DNA from: Patescibacteria group bacterium
GTDB taxonomy: Bacteria; Patescibacteriota; Patescibacteriia; UBA10025; JAHIVO01
DNA: 64,000 nt
Assembly: GCA_041660605.1 (NCBI GenBank)
Contig: JBAZWB010000002.1
Location: forward strand, 239,940-303,939
Direction of reading: 5' to 3'
Positions within the stretch are counted from its first letter, which is position 1, and each line of letters opens with the position of its first letter. Position numbers and translations under genes: made by a program. Below, in pieces: positions 41,766 through 52,790 of this stretch. The notes under the pieces are model-generated. The model was given only the letters and a program-made list of their open reading frames with translations. It did no database searches and was not told the DNA's origin.

Positions 41766-43457
41766 ATGAAAAAAACCGCCAATTTAAAAACAGCGTTTAT
41801 TGCTTTATTGGTCTTTTTTGGCATGGCTGGGGGAGTTTTAATAGTACAAGCCAAATCTGCTAATATTCCCGAACAGCTTACTCCCACCTCTATTATTGAT
41901 TCAAAATTGCCCGCACTTCAGCCGTCTTATCCTAAACCGCAAAATCCTCAACCTTATAAGTTAGTTGATCCCAATGCTACAGTGCACCAGCAAACTGAAG
42001 ATATGTTGAGCACGGACACTTGCCTAAATTTAAATGATGCTACATATCATAACATTACAGCCAACACAGTCATTTGCACAGACCAAGGCGACTACTTTTA
42101 TAACGGTGCTGATATGTATGGCTTTATAAATATTTTAGCTGATAATATAACACTGGATTGCCAAGGAGCAAAAATTTATTCTGATAATGTTCCCGATAGT
42201 GACCCATATACATCTACTGGCGGCTGGGGAATTATTATTGGCGACCCCAATCATAGCTATAGCAATGTAACAATAAAAAACTGCGTTATAGAAAAATTCT
42301 ATACTGATATCTATAAATACAGCAATTCCAATAATACTAACATTCATAATAATTCTCTAATAAATTCCGAAATAGGTTTACTGTCTAGGGGTATCGCTAC
42401 TAACTCACATATTTACAACAATTCATTAATCGGAGATGGTATATTCAATGATCCCAACGATCAAAAGATAGGAATATTATTAGAGGCTGAAAATAATGGC
42501 CTGTTTGAATATAATACCTTTACCAACCTTAATTACAATGGGATTCTACTTAACTCCAAAAAGCTCGCTTCAATCTGGTATTTCCCCCATGATAATATCT
42601 TCCGAAATAACCTCATGAGCAATGTTTACCGGGGCATAGTCCTGACCAGCGGCGCTTATAACAATACCATTCAGGATAACCAGATAGACGCCAGCGACGT
42701 AGGTATTTATTTCTATCATTATACCGACCCGGCTAACAAAATTCTTAATAATACTGTTATTAAGAATTCCGTTACTGGCGGTAGCAACAATATCGGCATA
42801 ATGTTTGAGGCATCGGCTGGCGATAATAATACCCTGAAAAATAATCACTTAAAGAATGCTACTGCTGGTAGAGGCCTTTATCTGGCGTCAGGCAACAATA
42901 ACAATGTCATTCTGCAAAACAGCTTTATAAATAATCTGCACCAGGCTTATGATAATGGTTCTGGTAATATTTTTGACCAGAATGGTAAAGGCAACCGCTG
43001 GAGCACATTCGACGAGCCGTCCGAGGGCTGCCATGATGCCGATGGTAATGGAATTTGTGAAGAAAGTTACACAGGGATTACAGGAGACGCTGGTAGTATC
43101 GACCACTACCCCACCACCGGCCAGATAACACTCGCCCCTATCAACCCCATCACCGCCAATGAATTGGATACTGTGATTGTCGATATGGCGGCAACTGATC
43201 CGGAAGGTGATAAGCTGACTTACAGCATAGAAGATCCGCGCTTTTATTCACTGGAGTCGTGCGTAGGCGATCCCTCTGTCTGGGGATGGAGTACTAACAA
43301 ATATAGCGCCGGACATTATTTCGTTATGGCAAAAGTAACCGACGGTGATTATATCGCTACTCAACAAGCAGAAATCATAGTCAATGACACCTGCCATTTG
43401 GACAAGTGGGGTAAAATGGTCTGTTCTGCCGTTCGTACCAATATCTCCTGCCTCTAA
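41766..43457 (+). CDS. Secreted parallel beta-helix (NosD/CASH-like) protein
   Basis: Signal peptide, Asn-rich PbH1 repeats, GNRWS, CHDADGNGIC, Ig/cadherin-like DPEGD-LTYS. Confidence 0.8.
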   Translation: MKKTANLKTAFIALLVFFGMAGGVLIVQAKSANIPEQLTPTSIIDSKLPALQPSYPKPQNPQPYKLVDPNATVHQQTEDMLSTDTCLNLNDATYHNITANTVICTDQGDYFYNGADMYGFINILADNITLDCQGAKIYSDNVPDSDPYTSTGGWGIIIGDPNHSYSNVTIKNCVIEKFYTDIYKYSNSNNTNIHNNSLINSEIGLLSRGIATNSHIYNNSLIGDGIFNDPNDQKIGILLEAENNGLFEYNTFTNLNYNGILLNSKKLASIWYFPHDNIFRNNLMSNVYRGIVLTSGAYNNTIQDNQIDASDVGIYFYHYTDPANKILNNTVIKNSVTGGSNNIGIMFEASAGDNNTLKNNHLKNATAGRGLYLASGNNNNVILQNSFINNLHQAYDNGSGNIFDQNGKGNRWSTFDEPSEGCHDADGNGICEESYTGITGDAGSIDHYPTTGQITLAPINPITANELDTVIVDMAATDPEGDKLTYSIEDPRFYSLESCVGDPSVWGWSTNKYSAGHYFVMAKVTDGDYIATQQAEIIVNDTCHLDKWGKMVCSAVRTNISCL

Positions 43458-43615
43458 TATTATCTTTCAATAATAGATAATTGACAATCATAATTTACTT
43501 TGCTAGTCTAAAATTATCCAGACTGGAATAGTTTCGGTCGACAGTACTGGTGAACCTTATATAAAGAAGATTAAACTGAAAAACCATTATGACAGTTAAG
43601 AAAGGGTCCGAAACA

Positions 43616-43942
43616 ATGGACCAAGAGTTCGTTGAGTACGTGGTAAAAAATTTAGTTGATCGTCCAGAGGATGTTTCCTCGGATAGGACGGTTGATGAAA
43701 TGGGTGTACTAATCACCCTGAAAGTGAATCCGGCAGATCTCGGGCAGGTTATTGGCCGCCAGGGCCAGACCGCCAAGGCTATCCGGACTCTATTAAGGGT
43801 CGTGGGCGCCAAGAATCATGCTCGCGTCAACCTGAAGATCTATGAACCAGAGGGTTTTCACAAAGGCCCTGCACGCGGTCCAAGACCGGCTGATACGTCA
43901 GCGGTAGCCGATACGTCAGCGGTAGATGATCTGAAGATATAA
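43616..43942 (+). CDS. khpA: KH-domain RNA-binding protein
   Basis: DLGQVIGRQGQTAKAIRTLL; located between rpsP and trmD. Confidence 0.93.
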   Translation: MDQEFVEYVVKNLVDRPEDVSSDRTVDEMGVLITLKVNPADLGQVIGRQGQTAKAIRTLLRVVGAKNHARVNLKIYEPEGFHKGPARGPRPADTSAVADTSAVDDLKI

Positions 43943-44261
43943 AATCAAATAGAAATATACACAAAAGCCGTGTGGTACAAACCCCGCGGTTTTTGTTTTA
44001 TTGAATATAATAAATTAATTCTCCCTCTCTTGTGATGACGGAGATGAAGCCATTGACGTTACAATACGGTTTTTGATAGTCTTACGAACACGGGGGCAGT
44101 ATATCCCATCGTCTTGGGTAAGAAATAAAAAACGCTCATGTCCGGGAAATGGAGAATAAAATTATGTTTGATCCTACGAAGGGCGAATAGCCCGCTAGAA
44201 TGCGCATCGCGGCGCCTTATCCCGTGCGTATTCTTTTTTTATTACCCAGACCGCCCCCTTT

Positions 44262-44570
44262 GTGTCATCCTGAGGAGTGAGCGCAAGCGAACGACGTGAG
44301 AATCTCGCTATCTTCAGCACCTGGGGTTGCCACACCCTCACTGCGTTTGGGCTCGTAATAACAAAAGTGGGGCGGGGCTTCGCGAAGGCGAGTTTAATTA
44401 CTTTTCTGGGTGACCAGAAAAATTGCAAATATGATATACTGTAATCAAGTATTTATAAAATATCAAAGCAAGCTTTAAATATTAATCATCGCGAGGCCAC
44501 GGGCCGAGCGATACACCCTTTGCGGAAAGCGTTGGAAACCATCCGCCCATTGGCGGAGGGTTTCCGAAAT
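44262..44570. repeat. REP-like palindrome cluster
   Basis: tgtcatcctgag...ctcgtaataaca inverted ends; ggaaaccatccgcc-cattg-gcggagggtttcc hairpin. Confidence 0.55.
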
Positions 44571-44575
44571 AATCT

Positions 44576-45226
44576 ATGCAATTCGACATTATCACTATCT
44601 TTCCAAACATCTTTAGCTCTTATTTTAATGAGAGTATTCTTAAGCGCGCTCAAAGAAAAAAGAAAATAAAAATCATAATCCACAATCTGCGCGACTACGC
44701 TAATGACAAACATAAAACCGTCGATGACCGGCCGTATGGCGGAGGACCCGGAATGCTTATGAAAATTGAACCAATTTATAAATGCTTGAAATCAATAAAA
44801 AAATTAAAACACCATAAAATTATTTTACTCTCAGCTAAAGGTAAATCCTTTAATCAATCATTGGCAAAAACATTTGCGAAACTTCAGCAGATAATCTTTA
44901 TTTGTGGCCATTATGAAGGCGTTGACGAGCGAGTAATCAAATATATTGACGAAGAGATATCCATCGGCAATTATGTACTGACTGGCGGAGAAATTCCAGC
45001 TATGGCCGTTATTGATGCGATCACGCGCTTGATACCCGGAGTATTGGGAGACGCTGATTCACCAAAAGAGGAAACTTTCTCGAAAAATCTGGACTATATC
45101 GAGTACCCGCATTATACCAGGCCAGAATCATTTAAAAATCAAAATGTTCCGGGAGTGCTGTTATCCGGTAATCACGAAGAGATAAACAAGTGGCGAAAAA
45201 AGAAATCCAAGCTGAGAAAGTCTTGA
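44576..45226 (+). CDS. trmD: tRNA (guanine37-N1)-methyltransferase
   Basis: DDRPYGGGPGM, CGHYEGVDER, SIGNYVLTGGE. Confidence 0.98.
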   Translation: MQFDIITIFPNIFSSYFNESILKRAQRKKKIKIIIHNLRDYANDKHKTVDDRPYGGGPGMLMKIEPIYKCLKSIKKLKHHKIILLSAKGKSFNQSLAKTFAKLQQIIFICGHYEGVDERVIKYIDEEISIGNYVLTGGEIPAMAVIDAITRLIPGVLGDADSPKEETFSKNLDYIEYPHYTRPESFKNQNVPGVLLSGNHEEINKWRKKKSKLRKS

Positions 45227-45251
45227 CACCTTCTCATAAATACTTTACAAT
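45223..45251 (+). promoter_or_regulatory. rRNA promoter
   Basis: TTGACA-N17-TACAAT upstream of the 16S leader. Confidence 0.65.
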
Positions 45252-45483
45252 ACATTATACCAATAATTGGTCGAAATAAAGGCTAATTTAACACTAAAAT
45301 ATAAGGAGAAACGCCTAGTGGGGATATAAAAACTAGCAAAAAGTTATCAAATAAAACATTTGATGTCCCGCTAAGCCGGGATTTTTTATCTCCTATATCG
45401 ACCAGTCATTGAGAACTTTAACAATCAGAAAGTGATAAGAAGAAACGTCAATTTCTTTTTGAAAGTTTTTTAAAACTTTCATT

Positions 45484-46986
<1,503 letters not shown>

Positions 46987-47214
46987 TAAGGAGAACTTAA
47001 TTTCCTTTCGGGGAAATTATTGTAGGTCGATGATCAGATTTTATTATCTGATTTTGAAATAATTTTTGACGTTTCTTTCTTATCACCTTTTGGTTGTTAA
47101 ATAATATATACAAATCTACAGCCCAGTAAAATCATGAGTTTGATTTTTACCAAGATATTTAGTACAATATTGACAAACAGGCTGTAGTTTTTTTATTTAA
47201 TAAACAATATACAG

Positions 47215-47547
47215 GGGCGACTAGCTTCCACCTCCGTCCGCCTGGGGCGGACTTCGGCGGACACGCAGATGGTTATTAAAGCCCAGTGGTGGGCGACTAG
47301 CTCAGATGGTTAGAGCGCGTCACTGATAATGACGAGGTCTCAGGTTCGATTCCTGAGTCGCCCACCACTGGGGTCTATAAAGCTTGCCTACCCCTCAGAG
47401 TTGAACAAAACAAGGCGAGCAGGGTTTAATGTCAGGTTCCCCCGCCACAATAAATTAAATGAACTAAAGTGGAGCGGGGTCCGCCTCCCATCGGGCCTGA
47501 GAGGCCTCAGGGCCTCGAACGGCTGGCGGAGATTCCTGAGTCGCCCA
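47215..47547 (+). pseudogene. Interrupted 5' (47215-47275) and 3' (47432-47547) duplicates of tRNA-Ile(GAU) surrounding the intact gene
   Basis: GGGCGACTAGCT[insert]CAGATGGTTA and TCAGGTTC[insert]GATTCCTGAGTCGCCCA. Confidence 0.85.
47291..47367 (+). tRNA. tRNA-Ile(GAU)
   Basis: Cloverleaf; CGTCA-CTGATAA-TGACG; CCA encoded. Confidence 0.96.
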
Positions 47548-47573
47548 TTTGAAAAAAACAATTCGCTCCAATA

Positions 47574-47897
47574 ATGGAAATAAATAAACTCCAAAAAACA
47601 TTGCGGGATTTGGCAGAAAAAAAGAACTGGGGCAATTCCCCCGCTGAAATAAATTTTGCTGAAAAAATTGCTCTCCTCCACGCAGAAGTTTCAGAAGCCC
47701 TGGAAGCTTACCGTAAGGGTAATTTTCAGGGCAAAGATGGCGTCGGTGAAGAACTTGCTGATATATTAATTCGAACCATCCATCTTGCCAGCATTTACGG
47801 GCTTGATCTGGAAAGAGAAATCAACAAAAAACTTAAAATAAATTCAGAAAGAAGCTGGGATAATGACCAGCTGCACATCGATAAAAAAAATTGCTAG
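47574..47897 (+). CDS. MazG-like nucleotide pyrophosphohydrolase
   Basis: HAEVSEALEAYR...EELADILIR. Confidence 0.85.
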   Translation: MEINKLQKTLRDLAEKKNWGNSPAEINFAEKIALLHAEVSEALEAYRKGNFQGKDGVGEELADILIRTIHLASIYGLDLEREINKKLKINSERSWDNDQLHIDKKNC

Positions 47898-47938
47898 GAA
47901 TAATATAATTATTATTTTCAAATGCCGAAGATATTTGT

Positions 47939-48010
47939 GCCGAGGTAGCTCAGTGGTAGAGCGAAGGACTGAAAATCCTTGCGTCGCCAGTCCGATTCTG
48001 GCCCTCGGCA
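47939..48010 (+). tRNA. tRNA-Phe(GAA)
   Basis: AAGGA-CTGAAAA-TCCTT; T-loop TCCGATT; CCA not encoded. Confidence 0.93.
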
Positions 48011-48040
48011 TTTGAGAATAATTTCGTGATTAAAAAATGC

Positions 48041-48405
48041 AGCTCAGTGGGCCGAAGCCACGAGTGAAGCAAACTGCTTTGCTTCACGAGGAGCTGAGGC
48101 GGGCGAGATGATACGGGAACCGCCATCGAGCCCCGGGAGAGCGAAGGACTGAAAATCCTTGCGTCGCCAGTCCGATTCTGGCTCTCGGCATAAGTGAAGC
48201 ATTAATAACCCAAACTGAAAATTTTACCCCGTACTTGACGCGAAGCGGCATAGTGCGGGGCCTTGCGTCGCCAGCATGCCCCACGAAGTTGAACGTAGCG
48301 AAACGTAGCGGGGGGGAGACCCGCCCCGCTGACTAGCGGGGTTCTTGAGAACAAATAATAAATCAAATGACGAAATCCCGCCGCATGGCGGGATGGCCCT
48401 CGACA
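48041..48405 (+). pseudogene. Two interrupted duplicates of tRNA-Phe
   Basis: Copy 2: 48041-48050 plus 48138-48190; copy 3: 48214-48222, 48261-48274 and 48394-48405, separated by hairpin inserts. Confidence 0.85.
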
Positions 48406-48497
48406 TCTTCAGGGGCTTGCTTTTGTTGTGGGATAAACTATACTATACTGAAACTATATTAGATAAACACTAAACTTGAGTATATATTTCCCCTTAT

Positions 48498-49331
48498 ATG
48501 ATTGAAAACTCAGAATATTTAAAGGAAGCGGCACAATCTTCGATGGATTTCTCAAAGATCCAAATCGATGAAATACTTAAAGCTCATAATACCGGACAGC
48601 CGATTGAATTTGAGTCATTTAGCCCATATATTGCGGACCATGACCTGGCTCATGGAGATATTCGATCTGGAGGCCTAACTAATGAGGAACAGATCGGATT
48701 ACAAATAAGTAAAACTTTACGGGAACAGCTACCGGAGGCGCGGATGGTTTCATTGTATGATGAATACAATACCAATGTTCCGGATAGTGCGGATCCATCC
48801 GGTCGACCCATGTCTGACGGCAAGCAAGTTGGATTGCCTGATGATGTAAAAAATAATTTCAAACAAGGCATTATCAGGGTTCTACGAGAAAACAATTTGA
48901 GCAGGGATGACGACTTGCTTATTTCAGAAAGCAGTAAAATTAAAGCAGCTCACACGCTTGAGCAACGGCTACGTGAACACGGCTTGGTCTTCGAACGTGA
49001 TGGTGCGGTATACTTCCGGAATCCAAATCCTGAAAATCCCGCTTATGCTGAAGTGCTCCTTCGATCAAAAAACGGACGGTGGATGTGCGAAGCGCTGGAT
49101 GCTTCAACCTACTTAGATCCAAAGAACCTGGATATAACACATATCGTTGCCCTCTCAAACCACTTCAAACCGCAGCAGGACAAGGTTTGGGAAATTTTGC
49201 GATCTCTCGGTATCCAGAACCGCAATTACCACAATATTTTCTATGACGAGACGCTACCACCAGAGGCTGTCGCTGAGGTGATTCGGGAAAAATTTATCAG
49301 GGCTGGACAGACATTTCAGGCGGCCGCGTAA
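48498..49331 (+). CDS. Hypothetical protein resembling the ArgRS catalytic core
   Basis: ISESS...LREHGLVFERDGAVYF...LLRSKNG...DAST...WEILRSLG parallels the ArgRS Rossmann-domain pattern. Confidence 0.55.
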   Translation: MIENSEYLKEAAQSSMDFSKIQIDEILKAHNTGQPIEFESFSPYIADHDLAHGDIRSGGLTNEEQIGLQISKTLREQLPEARMVSLYDEYNTNVPDSADPSGRPMSDGKQVGLPDDVKNNFKQGIIRVLRENNLSRDDDLLISESSKIKAAHTLEQRLREHGLVFERDGAVYFRNPNPENPAYAEVLLRSKNGRWMCEALDASTYLDPKNLDITHIVALSNHFKPQQDKVWEILRSLGIQNRNYHNIFYDETLPPEAVAEVIREKFIRAGQTFQAAA

Positions 49332-49423
49332 AGAACTTAAAGCTTGAAATTAAACAAAACCCGTGATACAGTATTATCACGTATTTTGGTAATATTTGAT
49401 AATTAACCGAGCTTATTTGCGCC

Positions 49424-50455
49424 ATGTATATCGTTGCTACTATCTCAAAAAATTCTTACCCGGCAGAAAAAATTGAAGAAATTCTGAAAGCCGGAGCAAC
49501 TATGCTGAGATTTAATTTTTCTCATGGCACACCGCAGGATCAGGCTGGCCATATACAAACCGCCAGGACTGTAATCGCGAAACTAGGGCTTGAAAAATCC
49601 GTTAAGATAATAGCTGATTTACCGGGCGACAAATTACGCCTGGGTACGTTCGAACCGATCCATTTCCCGATTAAAAAGGGACAGCTCGTAAAATTCGTAT
49701 TAGACTATAATTCAGATGATCCTTCTAAATTTATCCCCATTGATGCTGATAATATTTGCAAATATCTGAAAGCCGGCCAGCCTATTAGTGTCGGCGATGG
49801 CGATCCTGCTTTAATCATCACTGAAATCATTGATGAAAATACTTTTACCGCGCTGGTGCAAAATAATGGCGGTATTCAATCTATGAAAGGATTTAATATC
49901 GGGAGAGGGGTTGACGAACTAGACCATTTTACCAAGAAAACACTGGAAAGTATTGCCTATTTGCCCAAGATTAAACCAGATTTGATTGCCCTGTCCTTTG
50001 TTAATAATAGGGCTTATTTAAAAAAGGCAAAAAAATTGCTGGCTGAGCAATATCACTCAGATAAGTTACCACCCTTAGTGGCAAAACTGGAAACTCCTGA
50101 AGCAATTAAAAATCTTGACGAAATAGCTAAGGATTGCGATATTTTCATGGTTGCCCGGGGTGATCTGGCTATTACCGCGCCATATGAAATGCTCGGTATC
50201 TACCAGAAACAAATTGTACAGGCTGCCAAAAGAAATAATAAGCAGGTGATAGTTGCCACTCAGCTTTTAGAAAGTCTAATGGAAAGCCATACTCCGACCA
50301 GATCAGAAATATTGGATCTGACAAATATTGTTCTCGATGGTGCTGATGGCATCATGTTTGCTAAGGAAACTGGTTTGAGTCTGACGCCTGGCTATTCAGT
50401 GTCAATTGCAAAAAAAATAATTAATGCCGTCGAAAAGAATAGAGATAAAATATAA
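49424..50455 (+). CDS. pyk: Pyruvate kinase, lacking the C-terminal domain
   Basis: RFNFSHG, AKLE, MVARGDL, ATQLLES, PTRSE, LDGADG. Confidence 0.88.
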   Translation: MYIVATISKNSYPAEKIEEILKAGATMLRFNFSHGTPQDQAGHIQTARTVIAKLGLEKSVKIIADLPGDKLRLGTFEPIHFPIKKGQLVKFVLDYNSDDPSKFIPIDADNICKYLKAGQPISVGDGDPALIITEIIDENTFTALVQNNGGIQSMKGFNIGRGVDELDHFTKKTLESIAYLPKIKPDLIALSFVNNRAYLKKAKKLLAEQYHSDKLPPLVAKLETPEAIKNLDEIAKDCDIFMVARGDLAITAPYEMLGIYQKQIVQAAKRNNKQVIVATQLLESLMESHTPTRSEILDLTNIVLDGADGIMFAKETGLSLTPGYSVSIAKKIINAVEKNRDKI

Positions 50456-50779
50456 CGGGGTGTAGTTCAGTTGGCTAGAACGCTCGCTTCTTGCCCCGCC
50501 CCAGGTACAGGATTGCGCTCTTAATAAAAAATTATAGAGAAATATATTCAGGTCGGGGTGTAGTTCAGTTGGCTAGAACGCTCGCTTTGGGAGCGAGAGG
50601 TCCGCGGTTCGAGTCCGCGCACCCCGACCTGAATATGTTTTTAAAACCCTGGTGGCGGGGTGAAGGAGCGAGAGGTCCCCGGTTTCCCGCCACAAATATT
50701 TAATCTAATGTAGGCGGGACCCCGCCGAATGGCGGTGGCGAGTCCCTACCTGCCAGTAGGCAGTCGCGCACCCCGACCA
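50456..50779 (+). pseudogene. Interrupted duplicate of tRNA-Pro enclosing the intact gene
   Basis: 5' half 50456-50489; 3' half fragments 50665-50684, 50739-50744 and 50765-50779. Confidence 0.85.
50554..50627 (+). tRNA. tRNA-Pro(UGG)
   Basis: CTCGC-TTTGGGA-GCGAG; T-loop TTCGAGT. Confidence 0.96.
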
Positions 50780-50797
50780 CTCAATAAAACCAATAGT

Positions 50798-51124
50798 ATG
50801 AGTAAGAATTTTTACAACCAAGTATATTTTTTGGTAAAAAAAATTCCACGGGGCAAAGTCGCTACCTATGGGCAAATTGCCGCATTAATTGGCTCCCCCA
50901 GAGCCGCACAAATGGTCGGCTGGGCAATGCATGCCATGGACGGCGGCCGGCTCGAAGAAATACCCTGGCAAAGGGTGATCAACCGTGAAGGTCGCATCAG
51001 TACTACCTGCATCATCCACCCGCCGGATGAACAAGCCCGACTGCTGAAAAAAGACGGCGTGCAGGTGTTAAAAAAGAAAGAGGGCCACTTTGTTGACTTA
51101 AAAAAATATCTGTGGCAACCTTAA
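50798..51124 (+). CDS. Alkyltransferase-like (ATL/MGMT family) protein
   Basis: IPRGKVATYGQIA, PWQRVIN (Trp in place of the catalytic Cys). Confidence 0.9.
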   Translation: MSKNFYNQVYFLVKKIPRGKVATYGQIAALIGSPRAAQMVGWAMHAMDGGRLEEIPWQRVINREGRISTTCIIHPPDEQARLLKKDGVQVLKKKEGHFVDLKKYLWQP

Positions 51125-51232
51125 GTATAAATAACGCCGAGCCTACGGGTCTTGTGGGTCCCGAGGCGAGGCGTACCTAATAGGGAAAAGATGCAATGAA
51201 GGGAAACCGCAGGTGTCCCTTCATAAACACGC

Positions 51233-51556
51233 GCGGGTATCGTATAACGGTATTACCTCAGCTTTCTCCCGAAAAATAAGGAGCGAAGCGACTATATTTT
51301 TCGGGATCCTCGCAACAAGATGGGCTTGTTCCACCCTCCTCATCGTTGCGGGACAAGCTGATGACAGGGGTTCTGCGCCATAGGTACACCCGCCTTTGGC
51401 GGGGAACTCATTAAATAAAAAATTTATATAGTTAATTCCCATAGAGCGGGTATCGTATAACGGTATTACCTCAGCTTTCCAAGCTGATGACAGGGGTTCG
51501 ACTCCCCTTACCCGCTCCATGGGAATTAAAACTTAAAAGCATCCTTACCCGCTCCA
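51233..51556 (+). pseudogene. Interrupted duplicate of tRNA-Gly(UCC) enclosing the intact gene
   Basis: Fragments 51233-51266, 51354-51373, 51406-51409 and 51543-51556. Confidence 0.85.
51446..51519 (+). tRNA. tRNA-Gly(UCC)
   Basis: TCAGC-TTTCCAA-GCTGA; CCA encoded. Confidence 0.96.
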
Positions 51557-51636
51557 ATATCAAACTTTCCGATTTTTTTGGCGGAATGCTATTCTGAAAT
51601 ATATTATAAAAATTTAAAATCTGATATAATCCATAT

Positions 51637-52251
51637 ATGTCAGACAAAATTTTGTTAAATAAAGAAATACATATATTTACCGAAAACGATTTGCCATGCT
51701 TAATTACTTATGCTGAAAAAACAGGAGGTTCACATTTCAGTATAACTATGGTGGTAGACTTATTTTTGCATGGTTCAAAAATTTTATTTCTTACAGCATA
51801 TCCAATGGCGAAAGAAAATTTTTTAGAACAGATTGAAATCGATCATTCAAAAATTGCCCTTGTTAATTCCCCAGGCGATTTAGAAAAAGCAAAAGATTCC
51901 CAAGTCATTATTTTAGAGAGCGGAAATGAAAATTTGTTCTTTGATGTAGTAAAAACACTTCCTGATTTGCAAGAAAGGGTTGTCTTGATTAAAAATATGG
52001 AAGTATTTACTCAAGCTGTTTTTGATGTTTGTATAAGTATGAAAAAAATTATTTTATCTGGAAATATTGATACATGTATCGATAAAGAGAGAATTAGTAA
52101 AAAATATTTTAAAACAATAATTGCTTTTTCTAAACCAGATATTTTGTTACCGATAGAAATCCCAGTATTAGAAAAATATGTTGGTTATTTATCAAATAAA
52201 GACGAGAGCGGTAATGTAATTGTTCAAAAAATTCAGAAATATGACAGATAA
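51637..52251 (+). CDS. Hypothetical protein
   Basis: 204 aa AT-rich ORF overlapping the next gene. Confidence 0.65.
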   Translation: MSDKILLNKEIHIFTENDLPCLITYAEKTGGSHFSITMVVDLFLHGSKILFLTAYPMAKENFLEQIEIDHSKIALVNSPGDLEKAKDSQVIILESGNENLFFDVVKTLPDLQERVVLIKNMEVFTQAVFDVCISMKKIILSGNIDTCIDKERISKKYFKTIIAFSKPDILLPIEIPVLEKYVGYLSNKDESGNVIVQKIQKYDR

Positions 52252-52687
52252 AAAATACATGGCTCTTGCAATACTTGAAGCAGAAAAAGGTAAAAAATTA
52301 GGTAATTTACCTTTTGGTGCTGTTTTAGTTAAAAATGCTGATATTATTGGTTCTGCTCATGCAGAAGATATTACTTCAACAGATGTATCTGCTCATGCAG
52401 AACTTCAAGCAATCCAACAAGCATGCAAAAATTTAAAAACAAGCAATTTAAAAGAATGTGTACTCTATACTACAAATGAACCTTGTGCCATGTGTGCAGG
52501 TGCTATTCTTCAGTCAGGTATTTCTAAAATTGTGATTGGAGTTATTCGTGGAGATATTCCCAATAGGTTTCAACCGAAAAAAATTGGAATTGATGAATTG
52601 ATTGAAAATTACAATTATAAGCCAGAAATCATAAGAGGGGTTTTGAAAAGTGAAGTTATTGAATTATTTAAAAATGGCAAACTTTGA
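52241..52687 (+). CDS. Zn-dependent nucleoside/tRNA deaminase (TadA/GuaD-like)
   Basis: PFGAVLV, HAE, EPCAMC. Confidence 0.9.
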   Translation: MTDKKYMALAILEAEKGKKLGNLPFGAVLVKNADIIGSAHAEDITSTDVSAHAELQAIQQACKNLKTSNLKECVLYTTNEPCAMCAGAILQSGISKIVIGVIRGDIPNRFQPKKIGIDELIENYNYKPEIIRGVLKSEVIELFKNGKL

Positions 52688-52790
52688 CCCAAAAACATAT
52701 CACATTATCGGAATGAGTCCCGGTAATAATTATTTCAAAGATGAAGAAGTTCATTATCTTTTGAAAACTGTCGTTGAGCGATATTCGGCG
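52674..52790 (+). pseudogene. N-terminal fragment of a tRNA-dependent cyclodipeptide synthase-like gene
   Basis: HIIGMSPGNNYF resembles the CDPS G(I/M)SPxNxYF motif; coding-like sequence ends at GC-rich palindromes. Confidence 0.6.

Noticed and set aside
33615-45226. Alternative genetic code (UGA=Gly, code 25)
   Set aside because: Conserved genes have no internal TGA, and purL and trmD terminate at TGA.
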